From Marsupella aquatica (lineage: Eukaryota > Plantae > Marchantiophyta): a stretch of 64,000 nt of DNA. Within the stretch, counting starts at the first letter, position 1. Every line of letters starts with the position of its first letter. Where the stretch lies: NCBI GenBank assembly GCA_973895155.1, contig OZ316896.1:16728754-16792753 (forward strand), in the 5' to 3' direction. The translations under genes were made by a program, and so were the position numbers. Below are positions 37,332 to 49,131 of the stretch, piece after piece. The notes beneath the pieces are model-generated. The model was not told the origin of the DNA. It saw only the letters and a program-made list of their open reading frames with translations, and searched no databases.

Positions 37332-38110
37332 GCTTACTTGGCTTTGGCCGCCCCTATGCCAAGACCCCTTGGGGCAACGGCACGGCTTGGCCAACTTTTC
37401 AACTAAACATTTCGCCACTCCTTGCATGATCCCCAAACCCAATTGGTAACCCCAAAGTTTTGGTGACTTAAAGTTGATTAACTGAAAGTCACCGCGACCG
37501 CTTACTTGGCTTTGGCCGCCCCAATGCCGAGACCCCTTGGGGAAACGACACGGCTCGGCCGACTTTTCAATGGGCCTTTTTCCTACCCCTTGCATCCCCA
37601 AACCCCATTGGTAACCCCAAAGTTTTGGTGACTTAAAGTTGATTAACTGAAAGTCGTCGTGGCCGCTTACTTGGCTTTGGCCGCCCCAATGCTGAGACCC
37701 CTTGGGGCAACAACACGGCTCGGCCGACTTTTCAACGGGCCTTTTTTCCTACCCCTTGCATCCCCAAACCCCATTGGTAACCCCAGATTTTTGGTTACTT
37801 AAGCATTTAACTTAAAGTCGACGTGGCCGCTTACTTGGCTTTGGCCGCCCCAATGCCGAGATCCCTTGGGGAAACGACACGGCTTGGCCAACTTTTCAAC
37901 GGGCCTTTTTTCCTACCCATTGCATCCCCAAACCCCATTGGTAACCTCAAAGTTTTGGCTACTTTAAGCGTTTAACTTAAAGTCGCCGTGGCCGCTTACT
38001 TGGCTTTGGCCGCCCCAATGCCAAGACCCCTTGGGGCAACGGCACGGCTTGGCCGGTTTTTCAACATGCCTTTTTCCTACCCCTTGCATCCCCCAACCCC
38101 ATTGGTACCT
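37332..38110. repeat. ~165-bp tandem repeat (~4.7 copies) inside the Helitron 5' region
   Basis: GCTTACTTGGCTTTGGCCGCCCC starts at 37332, 37500, 37665, 37829 and 37994. Confidence 0.95.
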
Positions 38111-38800
38111 CGTCCAAGCTTACTCGGCTCCTTACTCGCCAAGGCCACACTCCCTTGGGGTGGTGGTGTGGTTTGCAACACTTTCCAACTTGGATGCTTG
38201 AGAGGAGGTGGTCCCCTCATATATGCTTCTGGGGATTTTTCACTGTGGACCACAATTACTCCTAATATTTTGGCCCCCACCCATGCGTTTTTGAGGTTTA
38301 AAATGGGTGGCAAGTGATCACGGCAGGGCCGCGGGCTCGGCGGGGAGTTTGAACCATTGGAAGCAAGGACAGGAGTTCACTTAGGGCCGAGTACACCTGG
38401 CCTGAAACTGGTTGTTGTTCAGTGCGCCTGGACCAAACACCCCAGAGTGGCCCGGCCGGTGGCACTTCATGCGCCTGGACCCAACTGGTTTCGAGCAAGC
38501 ACGCCAGGAGTCGCGGAGGGCGGTTTGGCGGGGAGGAATGGCAGCGGCGCTCATCAGTCCATGGTCCAGGCAAGTCGGGGCCGTGTGGCTCTGCTTGCGA
38601 GGGCGAGTCAAAGGCCGCAACTCAATGACTGTGACTAATTTGGGCCCAGGCGCGGAGCGGCAAGCCCAGGAGGAGCGAAGGGCCCGAGTAAAAAAATGGC
38701 AGAGTTGAGGGGCAAGTCGGGGCACGGAGGGAGGAAGGGAGAGACGGTGACTCGCAAGGCGAGTGGTCAGCCGACGAAGGCAAGGAATCACCCTGTCACA

Positions 38801-39165
38801 GGTGCGAGTCAGTCCAGGCGCGGGGGAAAACTGAGTTGCGGCCGCACGCGCGTCAGCCGTCAGTCCACAGAGGGGAGTCACAGAGGTGGAGGGTAGTCGT
38901 AAGCAGGAGGGGGTCGCAAGAGGAGGGAGGTGAGTTGGGAGGGAGGCGGAGGCGAGTTGGGAGGGAGGCGAGTTGGGAGGGAGGCAAGGTGCGAGTCAGT
39001 CCAGGCACGGGGGAAAACTGAGGTGCGGCCGCGCGCGCGTCAGCTGTCACTCCACGGAGGGGAGTCGCAGAGGTGGAGGGTAGTCGTGAGCAGGAGGGGG
39101 TTGCAAGAGGAGGGAGTCGCGAGGAGGGAGTCGCGAGCAAGAGGAGGGAGGCGAGTTGGGAGGGC
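38801..39165. repeat. GC-rich ~187-bp duplication in the Helitron 5' region
   Basis: GGTGCGAGTCAGTCCAGGC(G/A)CGGGGGAAAACTGAG at 38801 and ~38988. Confidence 0.9.
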
Positions 39166-39926
39166 ACATCGCGATGGCAAGGCGAGAGGGGGTGACCATG
39201 GTGAGGCAGGGAGACCCAAGGCGGGGGTCCGAAGGCGCAGGAGACCCGAGGCAAAGCAAGGCGGGGGTCGCGAGGCGGTGGGAGGCGCGGCAGTGGGAGG
39301 GGCCAGAGGTGCAAGGGGTGGTGCGGGTTGCGAGGGAGAGCGAGAAAGGAAGGGAGGGCGAGGAGGGAATCGTGGGGGAGAGCCCGGGACTTCGTCGCGG
39401 CACAGTTGCCAAGGAGAGTCGGAGTGAGGCAGGCCAGCAAGGCGGTAGTCAGAGCGTCGCGGCGACAGAAGGGTGGCATGGCGTCGCAGCGACAAAAGGG
39501 TGCCACGGCAAGACGGGAACATAGCGGCGAGGAGTAGTGGGTCGTCGTCTTTTTTCCCTTTATTGCTTTCATCTTTTACCGTTTCCAATTTTTTCACCCG
39601 CCAAATTCAAATGACGACCACGGGAAAAAAGGGCGCAACGTTGTATTATAGTTTCTGATTTAACCTATGTTTATCATAACAATATGAGTTGGTTACCAGC
39701 TGGCCTTACATTCTTTTATCAGGGCCCCAGGTTTTTCTGTTGTTGGTTTTTGAGTTACTTATACAAAGATATTATTGGGGTACTTAATCAAAATGACATG
39801 GGTACAAATATTTGCTAATAAATAGATCATTACATAAATATCAATTCTTCTTAAGACACAATGAATTTAGCATTGGCTTTGTCTCTCATGGGCGGTGATT
39901 TAGTGACAATGAAAACAACACTTTTC

Positions 39927-40265
39927 ATATGAGTTGCAAAAATCCATGGGAGCATTTTGGCAAAACCTAGAGGTCTACCTGGGCTTCATGTTCATGGACC
40001 ATAGACAGAAAACACAATTGAGATGGACTAATTAGGAATATTCTTTGTGACATTGAGCAATCCATATGAGTTGCAAAATTTCCATGGGAGCATTTTGACA
40101 AACCTAGAGGTGTATGAGGGTTTCATTTTCAAACATACTCTTTGTCTAAATTCTTCTTGATTTTTGAAGGAATAATCAGACTTTTTGGCTATTGGACTTT
40201 TTGGGTTTTCTTGATTTTTGAAGGAATAATCCTACTTTTTGGCTATTGCATTTTTAGGGTTTTCT
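39927..40265. repeat. Two local duplications
   Basis: ATATGAGTTGCAAAA..TCCATGGGAGCATTTTG...AAACCTAGAGGT x2; TTCTTGATTTTTGAAGGAATAATC..ACTTTTTGGCTATTG x2. Confidence 0.8.
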
Positions 40266-40329
40266 TCTTTATTTCCCCCCTTTATTGGATCTTTAGGCCT
40301 TTGGAATCATGTGTCCCCCTTAGACGTGT

Positions 40330-40570
40330 TTGTTCCTTTGCAGTTATAATCATAAATATAAAATAATTAGTGCATCCTGGTTGGGCATTTTTGTTCCTTT
40401 GCAATTATGAACATAAAATAATTAGTGCATCCTGGTTAGGCATTTTTGTTCCTTTGCAATTACAGATATAAAATAATTAGTGCATCCTGGTTGGGCGTTT
40501 ATATATATATATATTGCATCCTGGTTGGGCGTTTATATATATATATATATTGCATCCTGGTTGGGCGATT
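40330..40570. repeat. Five copies of TGCATCCTGGTT(G/A)GGC with AT-rich/(TA)n spacers
   Basis: Core at 40371, 40426, 40481, 40515 and 40551. Confidence 0.92.
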
Positions 40571-41796
40571 TTGTTTATGTATATGAAATAATGATTAGTG
40601 GAAAGCCTAATGTTCAGCCATAAGAATCGTCGAAGGACCCCACCGCCCCACCCCGAAAAGAACAGAAACAGAACAGAAGAGAACACGACGTCGATCGAGA
40701 GTTCGGAACGCACATCGCTCCGCCCGGGACAGAGAGAGCTCGCGGTGCCTGGCCGGCGCCGAACCGACAATCTTTTCCTCGGCATTCGTGCAGGATCATG
40801 CCAGTACGAACCCCGCTTATCCGCCCTTCACCAGCCCATCCATTTTCCATTTCCATTTCCATTTCCCCAGTTCCATTTCCATTTTCCTTTCCCTTTCTCC
40901 AGTTCCATTTCTACAGCAGGTACAATTTTTCTGTGATGTATCAGGTTTTCGCCTTGACGACATCGATCAGGATTCAACGTCGATTCTTTTGTCCCCACCG
41001 CCCCTCTGGTCTCTGGAGATCCGCTCCCCCTCCTAGCCCTCTCCCCACTCCCCACTCCCCGCCCCCGTGCCAACAGAAACCCTCCCACTTTTTCACTTTC
41101 GGTCCCGCACTAGGATCCCAATCCTACCGAGATTTCGCCTCCTCCTCCTCTTCCGTATGAATCTTCCAGAGTGACGGGAGAATCGTAAAAGTGAGTGTGA
41201 GAGAGTTTGAGTAAGTCAGCATATCGGGCATTGATTCAATTCATGCTAGAATTTAGCTGCTGGTCTGATGTAAATTTTTGTTGCGGGGGTCGGTTTGAGG
41301 AGGTGAATTGCAGCTGCCACTGATCGGGCTTTTCAAAGAGATCTGGGAAGCCTTGCTTTGTTGACATTACGGTCAGGTAGGGGAGTGTGATGGAGAATTT
41401 TCTCTGGGACGATCCTGGTGAAGCCTTATTTGGAGGAGAACGAAACTGCTGAGGATAAGTTTTCGCGGTTGGAGGACTTGGAATCCTTTGGCAGCGTAGA
41501 GGGTGGTATGGAAAGACTCTGGAGACCCAGAGCAGGACCGGAGCTAAAATTGGAGCACGGTTTAGAATTTGTAAAGAAACTCGTTCGCGAGCTTGGACAG
41601 ATAGAATTGCTTTTACAGGCAAGATAGATTCTTAACTGCATAGGGTGCATGGGTCTAGGGAAGGAAATAATATATTAATTGATAAGTGCAGCGCGAATTT
41701 TGTGTAGAGTAGGAATCGTAATGCACAACATTTCTGTACATCGGTGAGTGTTAGTAAATTCGGGGATTGGATACTTGTACAGGGAGCCAGCATAAG

Positions 41797-44700
41797 ATGG
41801 CTGGAGAGAGTACTGAAATGGATTCTCTCTTCGAAGGGATGGACTTTGTGATGCCACTGGAGAATGACAGCCAGTTTATTGCGGATGCTGGTCCTGAGAA
41901 TTCCGTAAGTTCAGCGTTGGCAGCAAAGGAAGTGGCTCAGGAGGGCTCAAAACCTAGTCCTTCACTTGTCATTAGTTCACATTCATTGGATCCAATATCA
42001 CTATCTTCTGAGCCTGCTGATCTCGGACTGTCCTCCAGATCTGGTACCAGCACCATTCCATCTCAGCCTCCCTCTCGTTCTCTCTCTCCGACACCTGCGT
42101 CCCCCTCAAGTCATGGAGACCACCTTCTCCGGAACCACAGTGAGGCTCTTGATGAGAGCCTCTTCAGCGGACTGACCCAGGTAGTGTTGGAGGACGAGGC
42201 TGACACGGAATTCACTCTACCATCTACGAACGGAGTGCAGCAGACGATCTTAACGACGGGCATATCAACCATGGACAGCGCTGAGGAGATTTCCACGGAT
42301 TCCATTCAGTACGCGAGATCTGGATCCTTGGACGATCCATCTGGTGAGGTCAGGGGAGGCAATGCTGACAAAGACAGTTGGAGCGCGGAGAGTACAATGC
42401 CAGTTTACAACGATGGATCGCCACATCCCTCGTCGGGAAAATCTTCAGCAGGTGGAACCGTGCCCATAACGAGAACGAGTTCAGGTACTGCTGCCACTGG
42501 CTCTCCTCCAGTGAAGCCAGCTATGAGGAGGAAGAAGCGAAGTATGAAGATTGGGTATGGGAGGGAGGACGAGGACAACGAAGAATTAGGTCTGAGGAAG
42601 GCAGGCATCAGGGATGCATTTGGTGCAGCGTTACTTGGAAAGGATGGTGTGAATTCGAGCTCCGCCTCCTCTCCCAGACCTGTTTTTTCAAGAGAAAGCA
42701 GCCATAATTCACTCTCCGTCGAGGAGTCTACCTTGGCATCAACTCTCGGTCGAGACGCCCCTGGCTTGAATGGAGTAGAATTGGCCAAGGAGAAGTTGGG
42801 GTCCAGACTTTCTTCTGGGTCACAGTATAGCACTCTTGAGGTGGATGGTATCGAGAGGCTTGAATCCAGGGATGTTTCAAGGGAAATTGCTGCCGTGCAG
42901 CAAGAAATTGACAACCCTGAAGTCATTTTACAGCAGGCAGTCATAGTAGAAAGTAATGAACTGGCTTTCTCTGACAAAGATCGGGCACATGGTTCTCCAG
43001 ACGAAGAGACAAGATCAGATGTTGAAGTCGCATCTGAGCCCCTAAGTATTGCAGTGGAAGAAACAACGTCAGAACACGTAGCACCTGAATCCCCAAGCAT
43101 TGCAGTAAAAGGAACAGCATCAGAACACATAGCATCTGAACCTCCCAGATGGGACCCGGAGGACTCTACTGCAATCATAGAAAAAGAATCTGCACCACAT
43201 AAGGAGCATGAAGGAGATGGAGCAGAGGCTATTCAAGACCATGAAGATGACATGGATATTGCACCATTGGCTCAACCCAGAGAAGGAACAGTTGAGGAAA
43301 GGCTGGACTTTATCAAAGAAGCTGTTGCCCACACCTTGGAAGCACTGCAGGAGAAAATGTCTGCTGTTTCAGCCTTGAGAAAAACAGCAGTACAGAAGAG
43401 AAGACGAGCTGCTGAGAAAGTTGCTGCCGCCGTAGCTAGACATAAGGAGTTGGAAGCAGAGCTGGATGCAGCTTGTGAAAGAGAGGACTTTGAGAAAGCC
43501 GACAGCGTTAGTGGAATGATTGGCGAGGCCGAGGCTAGCTTGGCGCAGGCGGGAGAAGCATTTGCAGTGGCTGAAGCTGAGAGCGATTCTGCTGCATCAA
43601 AAGTGCAGGATGTCTTCGATTGGCACGTTGCAATAGAAGAGCAGGGTGCCACATTCTTGGAGTTACTGAAGCAGGTGTCTACTGAACCTCCAAGCTGTTG
43701 CATCTATGACATGCCTGTTACTGTTTGCTGTGGGGTTTACAATACCTTGAATGTCTGACGCTGACTCATAGGTAATGTTTTGGAAGTTTGTTTGCAAATG
43801 AAAGTATTCCCTGCTTGAAAATGACAGCAGTTTTTCCCTGCCGCTGGAGGGGCCGGATTCTTAGCATGTGCTCTCTACCAGTGGTCACGACCAATCTATT
43901 TATCATGAAATTATGTTTGATGGCAGTTTAGATTTTAGCCAGATCCTGACTGAGTTGTTAGGACCAATGAAAATTATATCTGGTAGCTAGGGACTGCACT
44001 CACTAGGATAGCATTTTCCAAGTATTAGTCTGTGGTGAATGAAGATATTTTCATATCTTGTGATTTGACTGTCGTTCTGGAGGTAAAACATTCAAGTAGC
44101 CTAGGTGCTTCGTCCAGCTATAAACTTGTGAGCGTGTATGGAAGTGCGGTTATAACTTCAATTGCCCGCAAGGAAGGGTTTGGCAATAGACGTCTTTTGA
44201 TGTGAATTTACTATGAATTCTAAATCTCCGGGATCAATTTTGCCCTGTTTGTCAACAGGAAGCTGAAGACGCTGCAGGAAGAACTTTAGAAGAAACCGAG
44301 GAAATTGCTGGTCGAGAAAAGGAGAGGCTGGAGGCAGAGGCGAAGGCGATAGAACTGAGAAAGAGCAAATTAGACCTTGAGCGCAATGACGTTGCAAAAG
44401 CAAAAGAACAGCTCACGAAATCCATTGACGACTTGACTCAATCAGAGAGCAAAGAAAAGGTTGCACTTACTGAGAAGCGAGATCGTCTTACTGTTGAACT
44501 TCAGCATTTACTTACACTTGTGAGGATGAAAGAGGCAGAGATTGCAGAGTGCCACGAACACATAGCAGATGTGGATGAAAGGATAAGCAGTGTTGCTGCT
44601 ACTTTCGAGAGCCAGAAAGCTGATCTGGATGCAAAGCTGGAAGCTCTAGCCATATCAGCCATGAACCTGGAAAAGGACTCCAGTGTAGTTTCTGAGGGGC

Positions 44701-46314
44701 GGCAGGGAATCGAGCAACTCCTGGCTGCGGCAGCGGAAAAGAGCTGTAGGCTGGAAAATTCTGCAAGACTAGCTTTTGATGCAGGAAAGGCCCTGCGAGA
44801 CACAGTGAAATTGAAAAAATCAGTAGCCGTGTCTATGATGCTATCCAGGAAAAAGAGGACAGAACTTGCTGAGAAAGAGAAGCAAGCTCAAGCAGAAGCT
44901 CAGCTCCTTCGCCAAAGTGCCGCATCTACCCGAGTTCTACTTCAGGTGTGTGGTCAGAAGATCATTGAAGCTGATGCGTTAGAAGTAATAAATAACAAAC
45001 ATTACTCTGAAGAGATTATGAGTTGGTACAAAACCCGTAGAGATTCTTGTAGGGCGGCTAAGTATTCTTTCCCAACCTGATAACCATGGATAGTCACTGC
45101 ATCCTGAGGCTCCTGCTAGCCCCAGTCTTATAAGTGATTCTTGTCAGTACATGGTGGTCATTTTTCTTGGATAGGATAGGATAGGATAGGATAGGATAGG
45201 ATAGGATAGGATAGGGCATTGGAATCAGTAAAGCTATTGGTATCTCCTGATGAAATCATCAACAGTTAGAATTCGGATGGTGAAAAGTACCTGATGCTGT
45301 GAGCTTTGTGAACAGGAGTTGACTTCTTCAAAGGTGAAGCTGAGACAGGAGCTGGGTGCTGTAAAGGAACGTATTGCTTTTGCAGAGAAGAGGGCTCTGG
45401 AGCTGGATGCTGAGAAGAAATTGGCAGCTGCAGCTAGGAATTTTAAAGTTGCTGGCCGTCTAGCTGCTGAGGCTAAGGTCCTCAATGGTGAAAAGGAAAC
45501 TGCTTCTGCAGACCTGGCCAGGATAATGAAGGAGCTTGAGACAGTGGAAGGGGAAGCTGAGGTCAAGTTACTTGCTCAGGCGGACTTAGACAACCTTATT
45601 GCCGCAAAGGAAAGAGAAGGAGCAATGGCCCATTGTGAGAGGCTGCGCCTTGTAGCGGCTGCTGCAAGGGATGAAAAAGTTGTTGCAATTGAGCTTGATG
45701 ATTTTGGCGAGGCAGAAAGTTTGGATGCTGAAGCAAATGCTGCAGATGCGGAGGCTGAAGCTCTTCAAAGGCTCTACGAACTAGTGGGCAGTAACTACGA
45801 GAGTCATGACTCAAGCAGAAGTGACGATGCTGACTCAAAGGACAAAGAAGCTGCTATGGTCGAATGTGAAAAGCTTCGCCTGGTGGCTGCTGCTGCCAGG
45901 GATGAAATGGATGCAGCTGCAGAACGTGATCAATTTGATGAGGCAGAAACCTTACAAACTAAGGCGGAGATGGCAGATGCAGAGGCTGATAGGCTCCAAA
46001 GGCTTTATCAACTGGAAGGGAGACAGTTTGATAGACTTACAAATAGAAGTGACGATTCAAATGATAGTGAAAATCTAGGCTTCAAGGACAAGGAATCAGC
46101 GATGGCGGATTGTGAGAAGCTGCGCCTTGTAGCTGCTACTGCCCGCGATGAAAGGGACACAGCTGTTGAGCTTGATCAGTTCGAGGAAGCAGAAGCATTT
46201 GACTCCAAGGCAGGCGCGGCAGATGCAGAGGCTGACAGACTTCAAAAGCTTTTTGAACTAGAGGGTAGACAGTACGAACGGCAGGAGAAATCAAAGTCCA
46301 AAAACAGTCCATAG
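41797..46314 (+). CDS. At5g25070-like acidic/coiled-coil protein with UVR-like motifs. Exons 41797-43674, 44259-44945, 45316-46314 (~1187 aa)
   Basis: MDSLFEGM, ALDESLFSGL, RRKKR..KIGYGR, ACEREDFEKAD and EKKLAAAARNFKVAGRLAAEAK match my recollection of this conserved plant family; two phase-0 GT-AG introns; probable 5'-UTR intron ending at 41782. Confidence 0.85.
45169..45215. repeat. (GGATA)~9 intronic microsatellite
   Basis: Direct reading. Confidence 0.95.
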
Positions 46315-48384
46315 GGACATGCTATTAAAGTAGGCTGTTCAACAAGGGGTTTGATAGTGGCTACGACGGCCAGCCCATGGTAGGAACATCAAAAATTGCG
46401 TATGATTGCTTTTATGGCATAATTTCTCGAGTTAGGCAGACTCTGGAGACAGGTTGACATTTTTCAGCATCATGTCTATCATGCACGACCCAACCCGTCC
46501 TGTTAATGGATTTCCAGTATTCAACCAGATGATTCATGCTACTGAAGCCGGTGAGACTGTAGAACCAAAGGTGGCAGTTACAAGATTACTTTGTCCTAGC
46601 TACCAAGAACTGCATTGCACGGTGGAAGTGTGAAGATTCTCACTATCAATTGGGAACTGAGCTCATCGAACATTGTCATGAGTTGTTCTCCATGCGAAAC
46701 ACCATGAAGAGAATGCCCCCCATGTTGGATAATACTGGACAGATTGCATGATCGAGTCAGAATTTCAGGCTACAGCAGGGTTGAAATGGCTGAGTTTTGA
46801 AAGGTACGAGAATTAGCTCATCAACAAAAGGCGAGAAGATTTGTACATTGCAAATCAAAGGCTGGAACTTGAACAACACGCCTAGTTTTCGATTTGTGAG
46901 AATTGTGGTAGAGGGTAACCAATAGTATAGGATTACATTTGGTCCTCCGGATTATGATTTTGTAAACTATAGTAGGAATAAGATAGAGGTGTCCATTGTT
47001 AACTGAAATTGGGTAGGATTATTTGTAGGCATGTTTTACGGACAGTTTCGAAATGATTGGCATCTTCCTGTGGGTATGAATCTCAAAATGGAAAGATAGC
47101 TGTTCTACTGCAAGGCAATGTGATGTGTGCGGGAGCAGAGTTTTCCAAGTTAGTGATGGTGACAGCCTTGCACAATTGAAGTCATACAGTTTTGTCTTGT
47201 TGACAATCGTCTCTGATTTCTGAGGAGGTTGTCCACTTGCCAGCACTGGTGGGTGTATCTACTTAAATTGACGACCCTGTGCATTGGAGATTCATGTTCA
47301 ATTTGGTAGTGCTAGCTTCTGAGCTATTGAGTACAATGTCGGGTAGCCTCCACTTCCATCTTTCGGGACTCAAAGTTGATTGGATTGCAAAGATCTGTCG
47401 AAAAGATGCTGATTGTGATGGTCTCTGCTGCGCAGTCATCATTGTTTTGATTACGAATGCAGACCATGAAGTATTCAGCACTGGTCCTTCCATTCGTGTT
47501 CCTGTAACTTCTAGCTCACATTTTCAAAGCTATCACCTGCGTCCATCTCACGATCTTGAACCCCTTTGTGTTTTTCCTTTGCGAGTGTGTGTTTGAACAT
47601 ACTGGAGCAGAATGCACTCTGCACGGTAGAGAGCAAAACTTTGATTTCCTTGAAATTTGCATTTGGCTTGGAAAAGAAGAGTAAAAAATGGTAAGTTAGA
47701 GGGAAACACAGTCCTAGGAATTCAAGTGTATTGATTATCAAGTCTATCTTAGCAGGGAATTATTCTTGGCAAGTTTATATTCTTCAGAAAACTATCAATA
47801 TATCATAAGGAATGCGAGAGCTAGTTGCTAAATTGGACGATCTCCACATAACGTGGGGAATTTGGTAGTTATATGATCTGACGAAATCTGAGACGGGTGC
47901 AGGATTTCGCTGGCTTTCCCACTTTGCTACATGTTTTTGCCTTGAAAATTCAATTTAAGGAACTTTAAACCACTGCTTGCACTTTATGAGGAGGAAATGT
48001 CCCTTTTCACATTCTAGTCATTGCCCTCTTTTACCACCAATCCCATCCTTTTTGTTTAGACAAATGTACAATTATAATAAGGGATCCCACTTTTTTTGTA
48101 CTTTGTCCCAATACAAAAAAGCTCCTGGGTGGGAAAGATCCACAGCCATTGGATTCGATTAACTGTTTTCCTTGACCATCGATGTAATAAATGTGCACCC
48201 CTGACACATATGTGCTTCCCGCTGCCCCATAAATGCCCCGGACCGACTCTTTATGGGCCCTCATAGGGCTCGTCTCCCATAACTGACTTGTTTCCCTCGT
48301 TTGGGGGAGGGGCTGTTGGCGGAGCCCTCCACACATGAATTTTCATTGTCCTGAGACCGTCCACATGCTGATTGGGGACACATG

Positions 48385-48600
48385 TACTCTTGGGGTTGAA
48401 ATTGGAAAGGGGCACCATGGTGCGCACCATCTAGTCTAGAGTGAGACCTCCAGACCGTGACTGTGGGCACAGCTACTGTTGGGGGTGGAACTGGAACAGG
48501 GAGCCATGGGACTCACCATCTAGATTGACCCCTGTGGACCATGACTCTGGGCCCCAACTACTGTTGGGGAACTGGAAACAGGGGCGATGGTACCCACCAT
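48385..48600. repeat. Degenerate ~90-bp tandem repeat x3 upstream of the sugar transporter
   Basis: GGGG..GAA(A/C)TGGAA..GGG...ATGG...CACCAT occurs three times. Confidence 0.65.
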
Positions 48601-49131
48601 GTATCTACAGTACAAGCAAAAGCTCAGGTATGTCTCTTATCAGCAGAGAGGATGCTAATGTAAACCCAGTTGCAAGAGCGTCCAATCACAATTCTCCAAA
48701 ATGGGAAAAGGAATGAGCATTCCTGAGGTCTTTTTGTGCTGGAAGCTCTGGACTCATGAAAACTTGAAACCCCACCCACATTCAACTTCTCCACAGAATG
48801 AGGACGCCTCTTTTCATGCAGCTCTGTAGTGCCAAATGTGGTGCTTTCTAGGGAATTCCAAATCCTCATCCTGGCACCACGGACCTCCGTTTCCACCTAT
48901 CATTTGGTGCTGGGAGATGAGACGGATTGACCAAGAGAATTGGGCCATTCTTTAATATTGTTCTGTCATCATTCTGCTGTGAATCGCTAAATCCCCACCC
49001 TCCCAATTCCCAAACAAACAAAAGTAGAGGAGTGGATGCTTAGGGCGACACCGAGGGCAATCTGGGCAGAGTGAAGAGAAACGTGGAGAGTGGACACACC
49101 CAGAAGTACTTTGCTGAGCTGATTCAATAGT

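Larger units (their letters stand above)
31300..39658 (-). mobile_element. Full-length Helitron (~8.36 kb), inactivated
   Basis: Minus-strand 5' end A|TCAGAAACTATAATAC at 39658; 3' end GTGCAACGCACGGG hairpin + CTAG|T at 31300; inserted between A and T with no TSD; encodes RepHel. The 5' end is less certain than the 3' end. Confidence 0.88.

Noticed and set aside
38298-39658. Many Pro/Arg/Gly-rich ORFs on both strands as captured genes
   Set aside because: They are explained by GC-rich low-complexity duplicated sequence in the Helitron leader that lacks stop codons
40330-40570. CRISPR-like array of a constant core with variable spacers
   Set aside because: The core is only 16 bp and the spacers are duplicated or simple (TA)n
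42405-43703. Long minus-strand ORFs (257 and 143 aa)
   Set aside because: Antisense to the coiled-coil gene, with the Ser/Ala-rich composition typical of shadow frames
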